Shown piece by piece: positions 1 to 10,080 of a stretch of DNA of 64,000 bases. The position numbers and the translations under genes are program-made. The notes below the pieces were generated by a model, which was given only the letters and a program-made list of their open reading frames with translations, was not told where the DNA came from and did not search any database. Every line of letters begins with the position of its first letter. Positions within the stretch are counted from its first letter, which is position 1. The DNA comes from an uncultured Bacteroidota bacterium (GTDB lineage Bacteria; Bacteroidota; Bacteroidia; Bacteroidales; SZUA-534): the NCBI GenBank assembly GCA_946404125.1, contig CAMJCK010000002.1, forward strand, positions 39,710 through 103,709, written 5' to 3'.

Positions 1-195
1 GGAGTTGGCGCGGCATTCCGTTTCGCATTAGGAGAGATAAAGCACCCTAATAAGATGGTGCAGAAGATGGGGTTGACGGGGTTCTTTTGGAGAAAAATGT
101 CCATTAAAAACTTCATTACTTATGTGCACTTTTTTGTAATGCTATCTATATTCACTATAGAAATTCTATTTAGACGCATTTTTCATTTAAACTAA
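1..195 (+). CDS. 3' end of an unidentified CDS entering from the left edge (last ~64 codons, hydrophobic C-terminus)
   Basis: Frame +1 is open from base 1 to TAA at 193-195 (..[27 protein letters not shown]). It is absent from the ORF track because there is no start codon in the window. No motif recognised. Confidence 0.3.
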   Translation, partial: GVGAAFRFALGEIKHPNKMVQKMGLTGFFWRKMSIKNFITYVHFFVMLSIFTIEILFRRIFHLN

Positions 196-200
196 CAACT

Positions 201-779
201 ATGTCCCCCGCCACACGCACACATTATACAAAACCGTCGCTTCTCACCCGAATTGGGCAGTTGCTGGCAACATTTTTTTCGTTGAGTCACATTAAATGGT
301 TAATTTCATTAACGGCTTATTATTTAATCAACTACGTTCGTGGACGGCGAAAAATGAAAGTCGGCAAACACACAAATATCCACCCTACAGCTATGATTCG
401 CGAAGGCGAATTTGTTACAATTGGTGATAATTGCCTTATCAACCACAATGCATTGATACAGGCTGGAAAAACTACCAATGGCTCAATAACAATCGGCAAT
501 TATGTGCATACTGGCGCCAATGTTATGATGATTGCTTTCAATCACGGATTTTACACAAAGGATGTGCCGACTAAGGAACAGGACTATGTTGAAGCGCCAA
601 TAGTTATTGGCGATGATGTCTGGATTGGCGGCGGTGCGATAATTCTGGCTGGCGTAACAGTAGGTAAAGGTGCGATAATAGCCGCGGGCGCCGTAGTAAA
701 CCGCGATGTTCCCGAATATGCCATTGTGGGTGGAGTACCCGCAAAAGTGTTAAAATACAGAACCGATGAGAAAGGATAA
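201..779 (+). CDS. Hexapeptide-repeat (left-handed beta-helix) sugar O-acetyltransferase
   Basis: ATG at 201. Classic hexapeptide repeats: [16 protein letters not shown] and [50 protein letters not shown]. Overlaps the next gene by 14 nt. Confidence 0.85.
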   Translation: MSPATRTHYTKPSLLTRIGQLLATFFSLSHIKWLISLTAYYLINYVRGRRKMKVGKHTNIHPTAMIREGEFVTIGDNCLINHNALIQAGKTTNGSITIGNYVHTGANVMMIAFNHGFYTKDVPTKEQDYVEAPIVIGDDVWIGGGAIILAGVTVGKGAIIAAGAVVNRDVPEYAIVGGVPAKVLKYRTDEKG

Positions 780-1938
780 AATCCTGTTATTATATGCCGA
801 TGCCACACAAACCTTGCCTGTAGCCCGTTCGCTGCACAAAAAAGGCTTTTTTTTGGCGGGAGTTTATGCTTCTCGGCTCAGTTACGGCTATCCGTCACGA
901 TTCATTAGCAAAAGGTTTCTTTTTGCAGATGTAGAGAACTCGCAAGCGTATTATCAGTTTGTCAGGCAGATACTTGAAAAAGAAAAATACGTTGCGGTTA
1001 TCCCGATGAACGACGATGCCGCCGTTATGCTTAGCAAATACTCGACCGAACTGCGTCAGTTCACCGCATTCGTGATGCCCGATTACAAGACATTTTCAAG
1101 GGCGTACGACAAGCATTCTCTTATGCGGCTTTGTCAGGAGAAGGGCTATCCGCACCCGCGAACGACAACTGTTGAAGATGGCCATATAGAACAAATAGAC
1201 GCTGATTCTTTGCAGTTCCCGTTACTGATAAAGCCGAATCTAACAAGCGGCGGCAGAGGTATGACGCTGATTAACAGCAAAGAAGAATTATTTGAGTTGT
1301 TTCCTGGCATATATGAAAAACACGGCAGTTGTCATTTGCAAACATTTATTCCGTCAGGTGGCAGTCAGGTAAAAATTCAGTTGTATGTAAATGAAAAGCA
1401 AGAACTTGTCCAATCTTCTGTAATTAAAAAGATTCGTTGGTACCCCGAAAATGGTGGTAGCAGTTGCTGCAACACTTCGGATGAGAATGATAAGATTGTT
1501 GGCATTTGTTATCAAATATTGAAAGATATTGGCTGGGTTGGTTTTGCCGATTTCGACACAATTGAGGACCCGCGTACAGGCGAGTTGCTGATAATGGAAA
1601 TCAATCCGCGGTTGCCAGCGTGCGTCAAAACACCTTTCGCCGCAGGAATCGATTGGGCGGATATAATAGTGAGTGAATATTTGGGTAATCCGCATAAGTG
1701 TTACCAATCAAGCAAGAACGTTTATCTGCGGCATTTGGGTTTTGAAACATTGTGGTTTTTCTACAGCAAAAGCCGTTTCAAAACAACCCCCAATTGGTTT
1801 AAATTCATTGGTCGCGACATTTTTTATCAAGATATCAGTTGTTTTTCGGACCCGTTGCCGTTCTTTTTCGGCACATTCGGGAATGTCATAAAACAACTTT
1901 CACCAAAATTCAGAAAAACAAAATCTGGCACACGATAG
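766..1938 (+). CDS. ATP-grasp domain protein (carboxylate-amine ligase-like)
   Basis: 390 aa. [19 protein letters not shown] (glycine-rich loop region) and [11 protein letters not shown] (E-x-N Mg/ATP motif), as in ATP-grasp enzymes. Polysaccharide-cluster context. Confidence 0.75.
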   Translation: MRKDKILLLYADATQTLPVARSLHKKGFFLAGVYASRLSYGYPSRFISKRFLFADVENSQAYYQFVRQILEKEKYVAVIPMNDDAAVMLSKYSTELRQFTAFVMPDYKTFSRAYDKHSLMRLCQEKGYPHPRTTTVEDGHIEQIDADSLQFPLLIKPNLTSGGRGMTLINSKEELFELFPGIYEKHGSCHLQTFIPSGGSQVKIQLYVNEKQELVQSSVIKKIRWYPENGGSSCCNTSDENDKIVGICYQILKDIGWVGFADFDTIEDPRTGELLIMEINPRLPACVKTPFAAGIDWADIIVSEYLGNPHKCYQSSKNVYLRHLGFETLWFFYSKSRFKTTPNWFKFIGRDIFYQDISCFSDPLPFFFGTFGNVIKQLSPKFRKTKSGTR

Positions 1939-1942
1939 CGTT

Positions 1943-2791
1943 ATGAACATTCTAACCTTTGACATCGAAGAGTGGTTTCATATCCTTGATTTTGAGGAGA
2001 CTCGCAACGAGGAGCAGTGGCGGACATACGAAGTTCGCATTTATGAGAATGTAGAGCGGCTTTTCCGCATACTTGAAGACACAAATTCGCGCGCCACTTT
2101 TTTTGTGGTGGGCTGGATAGCAAAGAATTACCCCGATTTAGTTCGTCGGATAGCCGAGAAGTATCAGATTGGCAGCCACACAATGAACCACCAACTCATT
2201 TGGGAGCAGACGCCGGCTGAGTTCCGCGAGGATGTGGAGTCGAGCGTGAAGTTTCTCGAAGATTTGACGGGCAAGAAGGTAACATCGTTCCGGGTGCCGG
2301 GCTTCTCAATCCGCGAGAGCGAGGGGTGGGCGTTCGAGACGCTTGCGGAGTTGGGCATCACCACCGATTGCTCTGTTTTCCCCGCCCATCACGGCCACGG
2401 TGGAATGCCAACCTACAGCCGCCCCGTGCCGAGCATTATCAGTCGTAACGGCATCACAATCAAAGAGTTTCCTATCACGACAAAAATCGTGGCCGGTCGC
2501 CATATCATTTTCACGGGCGGCGGTTATTTCCGGCTGTTTCCTTATCCGCTCATCAAGCGGTGGAGTAGCGGTCAGGAATATCTGATGTCGTACATTCATC
2601 CCCGCGATTTAGATGCCGGGCAGCCATTTCTCAGCGGTCTGCCGCTCAAGCGCAAGTTTAAGTCGTATGTTGGGTTGAAGGGGGCAGAAGCCAAGTTACG
2701 TCATTGGCTCACCGATTTTTCGTTCACCGATGTCGCCACTGCCGAGCAGCAAATCGATTGGTCGCAAGCACCGGTGGTAAAGTTGGACTGA
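1943..2791 (+). CDS. Polysaccharide deacetylase, NodB fold (DUF3473-type as found in EPS loci)
   Basis: N-terminus MNILTFDIEEWFH, plus ATFFVVGW and the H-x-x-x-H motif GSHTMNH. Confidence 0.8.
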   Translation: MNILTFDIEEWFHILDFEETRNEEQWRTYEVRIYENVERLFRILEDTNSRATFFVVGWIAKNYPDLVRRIAEKYQIGSHTMNHQLIWEQTPAEFREDVESSVKFLEDLTGKKVTSFRVPGFSIRESEGWAFETLAELGITTDCSVFPAHHGHGGMPTYSRPVPSIISRNGITIKEFPITTKIVAGRHIIFTGGGYFRLFPYPLIKRWSSGQEYLMSYIHPRDLDAGQPFLSGLPLKRKFKSYVGLKGAEAKLRHWLTDFSFTDVATAEQQIDWSQAPVVKLD

Positions 2792-2808
2792 ATCACCCGT
2801 TCACCATC

Positions 2809-2822
2809 CCGATGGCCATCGG
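2809..2822. repeat. GC palindrome CCGATGGCCATCGG, a member of the CCCGATNGCNATCGGG family
   Basis: Perfect 14-nt palindrome 18 nt after the deacetylase stop. Related copies at 28139-28156, 58062-58079 and 58710-58725. Confidence 0.8.
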
Positions 2823-2846
2823 AACACCAATTACCAACCCCTGTCC

Positions 2847-2874
2847 GTAGTCTGTTGTCTGTAGTCTGTAGTCC
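2847..2874. repeat. 4 x 7-nt tandem word array (GTAGTCT/GTTGTCT/GTAGTCT/GTAGTCC)
   Basis: Read directly from the sequence. Intergenic, downstream of the palindrome. Confidence 0.85.
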
Positions 2875-2995
2875 CAACTCTCGCCTTTTCATCCTATATA
2901 TAATAGGTGTAAATCCCCGAAAAGCCCTTTTTCGTGCTTGCCTTTAAAAATTTTGTTTTTCTTTGCGCCGATTTTCAAACCATAAGGAGATTTCT

Positions 2996-5329
2996 ATGCA
3001 AAAGAACCTTGTAATTGTCGAGTCACCTGCCAAGGCCAAGACTATCGAGAAGTTTTTGGGAAAAGATTATATGGTCACATCGAGTTACGGACACATCCGC
3101 GATTTGGCCAAGAAAGGCTTCGGCATCGACATTGAGCATCAGTACAAACCTGAATACGAGATTTCGCCAGACAAGAAAAAACTTGTCGCCGATTTGAAAA
3201 AAGCCGCCAAAGACGCTGAAACCGTATGGCTCGCGTCCGATGAGGACCGTGAGGGAGAAGCCATCGCTTGGCACTTGTTCGAAGTGTTGGGGCTGAAGGA
3301 TAAAACAACCAAACGAATTGTCTTTCACGAGATTACCAAAACGGCCATTCTGCACGCCATCGAGAATCCGCGCGGCATCGACATCAATCTTGTCAACGCC
3401 CAGCAGGCGCGCCGCGTGCTCGACCGCTTGGTCGGCTTCGAATTGTCGCCCGTTCTTTGGAAGAAGGTTAAGCCGTCGCTGTCGGCAGGCCGTGTGCAGT
3501 CGGTGGCTGTCCGCCTGATTGTTGAGCGCGAGCGCGAGATTATGGACTTCAAGCCCGAATCGTCGTTCCGCGTTTTGGGCCAGTTCAACCACCCGACGCT
3601 CAAACTTGCAACCGACCTGAAAGCCGAACTCAACCATAAGTTCGTCAGCAAATCGGAAACCGAGAAATTTCTTGACGCTTGCAAATCAGCAACTTTCAGC
3701 GTTGTCGACATCAGCCAGAAACCAGCCAAACGCACACCAGCGCCGCCGTTCACCACTTCGACGCTGCAGCAGGAGGCCAGCCGCAAGTTCGGCTTTTCGG
3801 TTTCGCAGACAATGTCGCTCGCGCAGCGCCTGTACGAGGCAGGAAAAATCACCTATATGCGTACCGACTCGGTCAACCTGTCTGACGCCGCTGTTAAGGC
3901 AGCTTCGGAAGAGATTACCGAGCAGTTTGGCGCTGAATATCTGAAAGTTCGCCATTACAAAACGCAGACCAAGGGCGCGCAGGAGGCTCACGAGGCCATC
4001 CGCCCCACATATCTCGACAAGCCGACCATCACGGGCAACGCCAACGAGAAGAAACTCTATGAACTCATTTGGAAGCGCACCATCGCGTCGCTTATGGCCG
4101 ATGCCGAAATGGAGCGCACAACCATTAACTTGAACATTTCCAATTCGAAACATCAGTTTGTCGCTCAAGGCGAAGTCATCAAGTTCGACGGATTCCTGAA
4201 GGTTTACATCGAATCGACCGACGACGAGGACGACGAGCAGGGAAAAGCCATCCTGCCGAAACTTGCGGTCGGACAGGCGCTCGATTACAACAACATAACA
4301 GCCAGCCAGCGCTTCTCGCAGCACCAGCCGCGCTACACCGAGGCCACTTTGGTGCGCAAGTTGGAAGAGTTGGGCATTGGCCGTCCATCTACTTATGCGC
4401 CAACCATTTCCACCATCCAGAACCGCGAGTATGTGGTTAAGGAAGACCGCCCAGGCACGGAGCGCAAATACGAGGTGCTGACGCTGAAGTCAGACAAAAT
4501 CAAAGCCGAAACCAAGACCGAGAACTACGGCGTTGAGAAGGGCAAACTCTTCCCAACCGACATTGGTATGATTGTCAACGACTATTTGGTTGAGTGCTTC
4601 CCATCGATTTTGGACTACAACTTCACAGCCGAGGTTGAGAAGGAATTCGACGATATTGCCGAAGGTAAAATGGTGTGGTACAAAATGATAGACGAATTCT
4701 ACCATCCGTTCCACGACACTATAAACCGCGCTCTCGAGGTTACGGGGCGCAAAAATGGCGAGCGCGTTTTGGGCGTTCATCCCGAAAGTGGCAAGCCAGT
4801 GATTGTCAAGATTGGACGCTACGGTCCAATGGCGCAGATTGGCGACGGCGAGAACGACGAGAAGCCGCAGTTCGCATCGCTTCGCCGCGACCAGCACATC
4901 GAGACCATCACTCTTGAGGAAGTGCTCGACCTGTTCAAACTGCCGCGCCAAATTGGTGAGTTTGAGGGCAAAACAGTTACTGTGGCCATCGGCCGTTTCG
5001 GTCCGTACGTGCGCCACAACAACTCGTTCTACTCGCTCAAGCGCAATGTCGACGACCCTTACACCGTCACGCTCGAGCGCGCCATCGAACTCATCAACGA
5101 GAAACGCGAGGCCGAAAAGAACAAGGTGATTAACATTTTCGAAGGCAAAGACGGTCAGATTCAGGTACTTAACGGATTCTACGGACCTTACATCGCTTTC
5201 GACGGCAAAAACTACCGCATTGCCAAAGGCACCGACGCCAAAGCATTGACGGTGACTGATTGTGAGGAAATTATCAAGAATAGTGTCGACAAGCCAGCCA
5301 AAAAGCGCGTCACCAAAAAAGCGAAATGA
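2996..5329 (+). CDS. topA: DNA topoisomerase I
   Basis: ATG at 2996 is preferred over the TTG at 2963. Toprim N-terminus LVIVESPAKAKTIEKFLG, DEDREGEAIAWH, catalytic-Tyr region ITYMRTDS, and C-terminal GRFGPY/GFYGPY repeats. Confidence 0.97.
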   Translation: MQKNLVIVESPAKAKTIEKFLGKDYMVTSSYGHIRDLAKKGFGIDIEHQYKPEYEISPDKKKLVADLKKAAKDAETVWLASDEDREGEAIAWHLFEVLGLKDKTTKRIVFHEITKTAILHAIENPRGIDINLVNAQQARRVLDRLVGFELSPVLWKKVKPSLSAGRVQSVAVRLIVEREREIMDFKPESSFRVLGQFNHPTLKLATDLKAELNHKFVSKSETEKFLDACKSATFSVVDISQKPAKRTPAPPFTTSTLQQEASRKFGFSVSQTMSLAQRLYEAGKITYMRTDSVNLSDAAVKAASEEITEQFGAEYLKVRHYKTQTKGAQEAHEAIRPTYLDKPTITGNANEKKLYELIWKRTIASLMADAEMERTTINLNISNSKHQFVAQGEVIKFDGFLKVYIESTDDEDDEQGKAILPKLAVGQALDYNNITASQRFSQHQPRYTEATLVRKLEELGIGRPSTYAPTISTIQNREYVVKEDRPGTERKYEVLTLKSDKIKAETKTENYGVEKGKLFPTDIGMIVNDYLVECFPSILDYNFTAEVEKEFDDIAEGKMVWYKMIDEFYHPFHDTINRALEVTGRKNGERVLGVHPESGKPVIVKIGRYGPMAQIGDGENDEKPQFASLRRDQHIETITLEEVLDLFKLPRQIGEFEGKTVTVAIGRFGPYVRHNNSFYSLKRNVDDPYTVTLERAIELINEKREAEKNKVINIFEGKDGQIQVLNGFYGPYIAFDGKNYRIAKGTDAKALTVTDCEEIIKNSVDKPAKKRVTKKAK

Positions 5330-6477
5330 TTCTCGAAAGCGACATAGCGCAGTATTTCGACACCCGCCGACCTGACAATTTGAAGCAGTTCAGCACGTTG
5401 GAAGGTTTTTTGGGCAGCCAACTTTACAGCGAGCCCGACTTGCAAAAGTCTGTCGACGTGCAAGTTGCAATCATCGGCATCGACGAGACGCGCAACGCCT
5501 ATCCAATGCCGTACGCTGCCAAAGCCGACAATGTGCGCTATTGGCTCTATCAGTTGGCGGCCTTTAACAATCTGAAAATCACCGACTTCGGCAACCTGAT
5601 TTTGGGCAACAACGCAGCCGACACCTATTCGGCCGTCAGTTACATAACCGAGTCGCTCGTCAGCGGCGGGGTTATACCTATATATATAGGTGGCTCTCAC
5701 GATTTGACTCTGCCGATAGTCGAGGGGCTTTGGCGCGCCAAGGGCAAGATTGAAATTGGGCTCATCGATTCGTGTTTCGACATTGCCGACAGCCTGAACG
5801 CCACTTCACGGTCGTATCTTCTTGACATTCTGCGGAAATTCACCAGCAGCGTAAAGTGCAACGTCATCGGCAGCCAGGTCTACTTCACATCGCAGAGCCA
5901 GTCCGATTTGCTTGACGAGTATGGGGTGGATAAATACCGATTGGGCGCTGTCCGTCAGAATATCAATAGTTTAGAGCCCGTCTTGCGCGACTGTGATTTT
6001 GTCTCGTTCGACGCCAGTGCGGTGCGTCAGGCCGATATGCCAGCCGCTCATCAGCCGAGTCCGAATGGTCTTTACACTGAGGAAGCCTGTCAGTTGGCCA
6101 ATTTCGCGGGTATCAGCGACCGTTCGAAAACCTTCGGCATTTTCGGTATCGTTTCGCACAATACGCCTTTGGATATATCGGCGCACCTGACCGCCCAAAT
6201 AATTTGGCATTATATATATGGTGTGTCGCAGCGTGAGAATGACTATCCGGCGTGCGATTTCAGCCGTTACAAAAAGATTTTTGTCAAGTTGGAGGCCCCG
6301 AATACCAGCCTTGTTTTCTATCAAAACCCCCAAAACAACCGTTTTTGGATGGAAATGGCTCAAAAAAACAATGCGGGCAGTGTGGTGGTTTCCTGCTCCA
6401 AAGCCGATTATATGGCGTTGGTTAATAACGAAATACCGGAGCGAATCAAGAAAACTTTTGTGCGATACGGCATCTGA
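5326..6477 (+). CDS. Arginase/formiminoglutamase-fold (ureohydrolase family) protein with atypical metal-site motifs
   Basis: ATGA overlap with the topA stop. IYIGGSHDLTLP, GLIDSCFDIAD and VSFDASAVRQADMP line up by eye with the family motifs GGDHS / DAHxD / SxDxDxxDP. Confidence 0.65.
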   Translation: MILESDIAQYFDTRRPDNLKQFSTLEGFLGSQLYSEPDLQKSVDVQVAIIGIDETRNAYPMPYAAKADNVRYWLYQLAAFNNLKITDFGNLILGNNAADTYSAVSYITESLVSGGVIPIYIGGSHDLTLPIVEGLWRAKGKIEIGLIDSCFDIADSLNATSRSYLLDILRKFTSSVKCNVIGSQVYFTSQSQSDLLDEYGVDKYRLGAVRQNINSLEPVLRDCDFVSFDASAVRQADMPAAHQPSPNGLYTEEACQLANFAGISDRSKTFGIFGIVSHNTPLDISAHLTAQIIWHYIYGVSQRENDYPACDFSRYKKIFVKLEAPNTSLVFYQNPQNNRFWMEMAQKNNAGSVVVSCSKADYMALVNNEIPERIKKTFVRYGI

Positions 6478-6582
6478 AAAAGGTCGTTTGTGTAAATATT
6501 AACAGCAAATTGTTAGCATCGGCATTGTTTGTAAATTTTTTATTTATTTTTAGGCCCATTCTACAGAGTAGTGAATGATTTT

Positions 6583-7536
6583 ATGAATTGTCGACGTCTA
6601 ATGACGATAGTGCTGGTTGCACTTGCTTTTACTGGGAAGGCGCAGACCGAGAATTTTTCCAGCTTGAGTATGTTCAACTATATGTACTATAACCCGGGTT
6701 ACGCGGGCGACGGCAACGAGATAGAGGCGAGAGCATTGGTGAGGAGCCAGTGGATGGGTTTTGAGGGCGCTCCCCAAACTCAAACGTTCAGCATCGATGC
6801 TCCGTTTAAGTTGTTTGGCATAAGAAATGGCGCAGGTTTGACGATTATTAACGATGAAATCGGAAATTTTCAAAACATTGGTTTGAATTTTTCGTATGCG
6901 TACAGACGTCAAATGTTGCAAGGTGAAGTTGGATTTGGCGCAGGCTTGGGAATGACTAATCAGTCGTTCAAGGGGCAGTGGATTTTCCCTGACGGAAATC
7001 AAAACGACCCCTGGGTGCCGCAAAACACCGATGACAAGCCAATGTTCTTTGATATGAATTTGGGATTCTACTATAGTTCCGAGAATGTGTATTTGAGTTG
7101 CTCGATGCGCAATTTGCTGCAGTCGCAAATCAAATACTCATCGTCAACGACGGGAGCGGAGGTGAAACCTTCGTATTGTGCACGTCAGTTGTTTATGGGG
7201 GCGGGGTATGAGTATCAGCTGGCAAATCCGCTGTTTACGGTTAAACCAAACCTTTTCATTGCAACCGATTTCGCTACAACATCCTTCCAGTTGGCCGGAA
7301 TACTGACTTATAGCGAGAAATTCTACGGAGGTGTGGCCTACAAACCGATTGACGCGTTAACATTTCTGGCCGGAATGTCGCTGCCATCGGGCATTGAAGT
7401 TGCAGTTTCGTATGATTTAACCACGAGCAGTATAATAAATTACAGCAATGGCTCGTTTGAGTTTATGGTAGGTTATTCGTTTAGCTTAGACCGGAATAAG
7501 GACAATCGAAAATATAAGAGCGTCCGATTCCTATAA
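6583..7536 (+). CDS. porP: Type IX secretion system membrane protein PorP/SprF
   Basis: ATG at 6583 gives the signal peptide MNCRRLMTIVLVALAFTGKAQ. YYNPGYAG and SQWMGFEGAPQT are typical of PorP/SprF. Lies immediately upstream of gldK. Confidence 0.85.
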   Translation: MNCRRLMTIVLVALAFTGKAQTENFSSLSMFNYMYYNPGYAGDGNEIEARALVRSQWMGFEGAPQTQTFSIDAPFKLFGIRNGAGLTIINDEIGNFQNIGLNFSYAYRRQMLQGEVGFGAGLGMTNQSFKGQWIFPDGNQNDPWVPQNTDDKPMFFDMNLGFYYSSENVYLSCSMRNLLQSQIKYSSSTTGAEVKPSYCARQLFMGAGYEYQLANPLFTVKPNLFIATDFATTSFQLAGILTYSEKFYGGVAYKPIDALTFLAGMSLPSGIEVAVSYDLTTSSIINYSNGSFEFMVGYSFSLDRNKDNRKYKSVRFL

Positions 7537-7598
7537 AATTTTGGATATTATTATTTTTTTATTGAATTTTAAAGTGTGAAAACAAATACAATTGGGAT

Positions 7599-8978
7599 AT
7601 GAAAAAGTTAGCTTATTTGAGCGCTGTATTGCTCATTATTTCAGGCTGTGGCTCAGGTGGTAGCGGCGAGTTGACTGGTGTTCAAAACAGAAATGCGAAC
7701 TACAGTGCGCCGCCGTTCGGTATGGTTTTGGTGAAAAAAGGCAGCTACCGTATGGGGCCGAGCGACCAGGATGTGCCTTGGGCTACTACAGCACAATCGA
7801 AAACCGTTTCGATTCCGGCGTTCTGGATGGACGAAACCGAAATCACTAATAACGAATATCGTCAATTTGTTTATTGGGTACGAGACTCTTTGGCTTACAG
7901 ATTATTAGGTGAGCAGATTGATGCGTACTTTATCTCTGAAGACCAATATGGTGAGCCGATTGATCCGCCGTATATCAACTGGGATGAGCCTATCAACTGG
8001 GCAGGCGAAGAGGAGAAGACAATTCTCGAGGAGTTGTATTATCCTGAGCACGAGCGTTTCTATCGCCGTCGCGATATTGACACACGCAAACTGGTGTACG
8101 ATTATTTCTGGATCGACTATCAGCAAGCTGCGCAAAAGTTCACTTTCGAGAACGAAACCCGCCGTCACTATAACTATAAAACGGGTCAGTACGATGGCGA
8201 AATCTACAACTTGGAAGGCAAGCGAGTTCCAATCAAAGACCGTTCGTCGTTCATTATGCACGATAAAGTGAATGTTTATCCCGACACTTTGTGTTGGATT
8301 GGCGACTTCTCGTATTCGTACAACGAGCCGATGACAAATATGTATTTCTGGGCACCACAATATGATAATTATCCAGTTGTGGGCGTTACCTGGAAACAAG
8401 CTACGGCATTCAGCATCTGGAGAACCCAATTGTTGAACAATTTCCTTGCACGAGAAGGCCAACCTTTCGAGCAGGATTATAGACTTCCGATGGAAGGTGA
8501 GTGGGAATATGCAGCCCGTGGCGGCAACGATTTGGCCGTGTATCCTTGGGGCGGTCCTTACACTCGTAACGACAAGGGTTGCTTCCTGGCCAACTTCAAG
8601 CCTTTGCGAGGCGACTACTTGGACGATGGCGGTATGTACACTGTTGAGGTGGCCATCTACGAACCCAACGATTTCGGTTTGTATGATATGGCCGGCAACG
8701 TGGCCGAGTGGACAAGCTCTGCTTTTGACGAGAGCAGCTACACATTTACTCACGACCTGAGTCCTGATTATAAATACAACGCACTGCCGGATGACTTGGC
8801 TGTTATGAAGAGAAAAGTAGTCCGTGGCGGTTCTTGGAAAGACATTGCATACTTTTTGCAGAATGGTTCGAGAACATACGAGTATCAGGATTCTGCCAAA
8901 TCTTATATCGGTTTCCGTTGTGTAAGAACTTATATGGGACCTGATGAGACTGGTGCAAAATCAAATGTTTATCAATAA
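7599..8978 (+). CDS. gldK: Gliding motility / T9SS lipoprotein GldK (PorK)
   Basis: Lipobox LLIISGC followed by GGSGELTGV. SUMF1/FGE-type domain (VVRGGSWKD, GFRCVR). Followed by gldLMN. Confidence 0.93.
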   Translation: MKKLAYLSAVLLIISGCGSGGSGELTGVQNRNANYSAPPFGMVLVKKGSYRMGPSDQDVPWATTAQSKTVSIPAFWMDETEITNNEYRQFVYWVRDSLAYRLLGEQIDAYFISEDQYGEPIDPPYINWDEPINWAGEEEKTILEELYYPEHERFYRRRDIDTRKLVYDYFWIDYQQAAQKFTFENETRRHYNYKTGQYDGEIYNLEGKRVPIKDRSSFIMHDKVNVYPDTLCWIGDFSYSYNEPMTNMYFWAPQYDNYPVVGVTWKQATAFSIWRTQLLNNFLAREGQPFEQDYRLPMEGEWEYAARGGNDLAVYPWGGPYTRNDKGCFLANFKPLRGDYLDDGGMYTVEVAIYEPNDFGLYDMAGNVAEWTSSAFDESSYTFTHDLSPDYKYNALPDDLAVMKRKVVRGGSWKDIAYFLQNGSRTYEYQDSAKSYIGFRCVRTYMGPDETGAKSNVYQ

Positions 8979-9017
8979 GAAACTTAAAAGAAGTATTTAA
9001 TCAATTAAAATAGAACT

Positions 9018-10061
9018 ATGAGTATTGCCGAATTAACCCAAAGTAGGGGGTACAAAAACTTCATGAAGTATGTGTATGGATGGGGTGCATCAGTCGTGCT
9101 TGTTGGTGCGTTGTTTAAAATCCAGCACTATCCGGGCGCATCAATAATGTTGATCGTCGGCCTTTTGACTGAGGCCTTAATCTTCTTCTTCTCTGCATTT
9201 GAGCCATTGGCAGAAGAATTGGATTGGACATTGGTATTCCCTCAGTTGGCGGGTTTGGAAGATGACGATGACGCTCCTGCGGCCGTCAAGCCAAGTCGCA
9301 AGTTCGATAGGGTTCAGGACCCTGCCGAGATTGTAGCGAATGCCGGTGGCGGAGTTCGTGGTGTGAGTGCTGCTCCTGTTGAAGGCGGCGCGCCGGTTAG
9401 CGGTGGAGTTGTTTATGCAGGAGGAAGCGGTTCGGCTTTAGCCAAGTTTGACGAAATGATTGAGAAGGCCGAAATCACTCCTGGAATGTTTGAGAAATTA
9501 GGCAAAGGTTTGGCAAATCTTAACAAGACTATCGACCAAATGGGTGCCACAGTTGACGCCAGTGTTGCAACTCAAGATTTTGTAACAAAGGTGAAGGCCG
9601 CTTCTGACTCGGTTGCCGGTTTGGGCGACGCTTACAAGAAATCGACAGAAGCTTTGTCAGCATCGGTTGGTGTTCTGTCTGAGTCATATACAAATTCGGC
9701 ACAAGCCTTTAACGAGGCCAACGGCCAGGTTGCTGAGGCTTACTCGCAGTTTGCGAACAAACTCGTTGGCGAGCTTAATTCGGTTGGCGATTTGGGTTCG
9801 GAGTACGTACAGAAACTGGGCGGTCTGAACAAAAATTTGTCAGCACTCAATTCAGTTTATGAGTTGCAACTCGAGAATATGAACAAGCAGGTTGAGTCTT
9901 CGAAAGAATATGTGAACGACTTCGGCAGTATGCTTGACAATATGAATCAGACAGTTGAGAATACAAAGAAACTTAATCAAGGTGTTCAACTTTTGGAGCA
10001 GAATGTCGCCGCTTTGAACAACGTTTACGGCAATATGCTTTCATCGCTGAATATTAAGTAA
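9018..10061 (+). CDS. gldL: Gliding motility / T9SS protein GldL (PorL)
   Basis: N-terminus KNFMKYVYGWGASVVLVGALFKIQHYPGASIMLIVGLLTEALIFFFSAFEP (two TM helices, GldL signature). Coiled C-terminal half. Confidence 0.92.
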   Translation: MSIAELTQSRGYKNFMKYVYGWGASVVLVGALFKIQHYPGASIMLIVGLLTEALIFFFSAFEPLAEELDWTLVFPQLAGLEDDDDAPAAVKPSRKFDRVQDPAEIVANAGGGVRGVSAAPVEGGAPVSGGVVYAGGSGSALAKFDEMIEKAEITPGMFEKLGKGLANLNKTIDQMGATVDASVATQDFVTKVKAASDSVAGLGDAYKKSTEALSASVGVLSESYTNSAQAFNEANGQVAEAYSQFANKLVGELNSVGDLGSEYVQKLGGLNKNLSALNSVYELQLENMNKQVESSKEYVNDFGSMLDNMNQTVENTKKLNQGVQLLEQNVAALNNVYGNMLSSLNIK

Positions 10062-10080
10062 TTAAAGAATAGGAGAAGCT

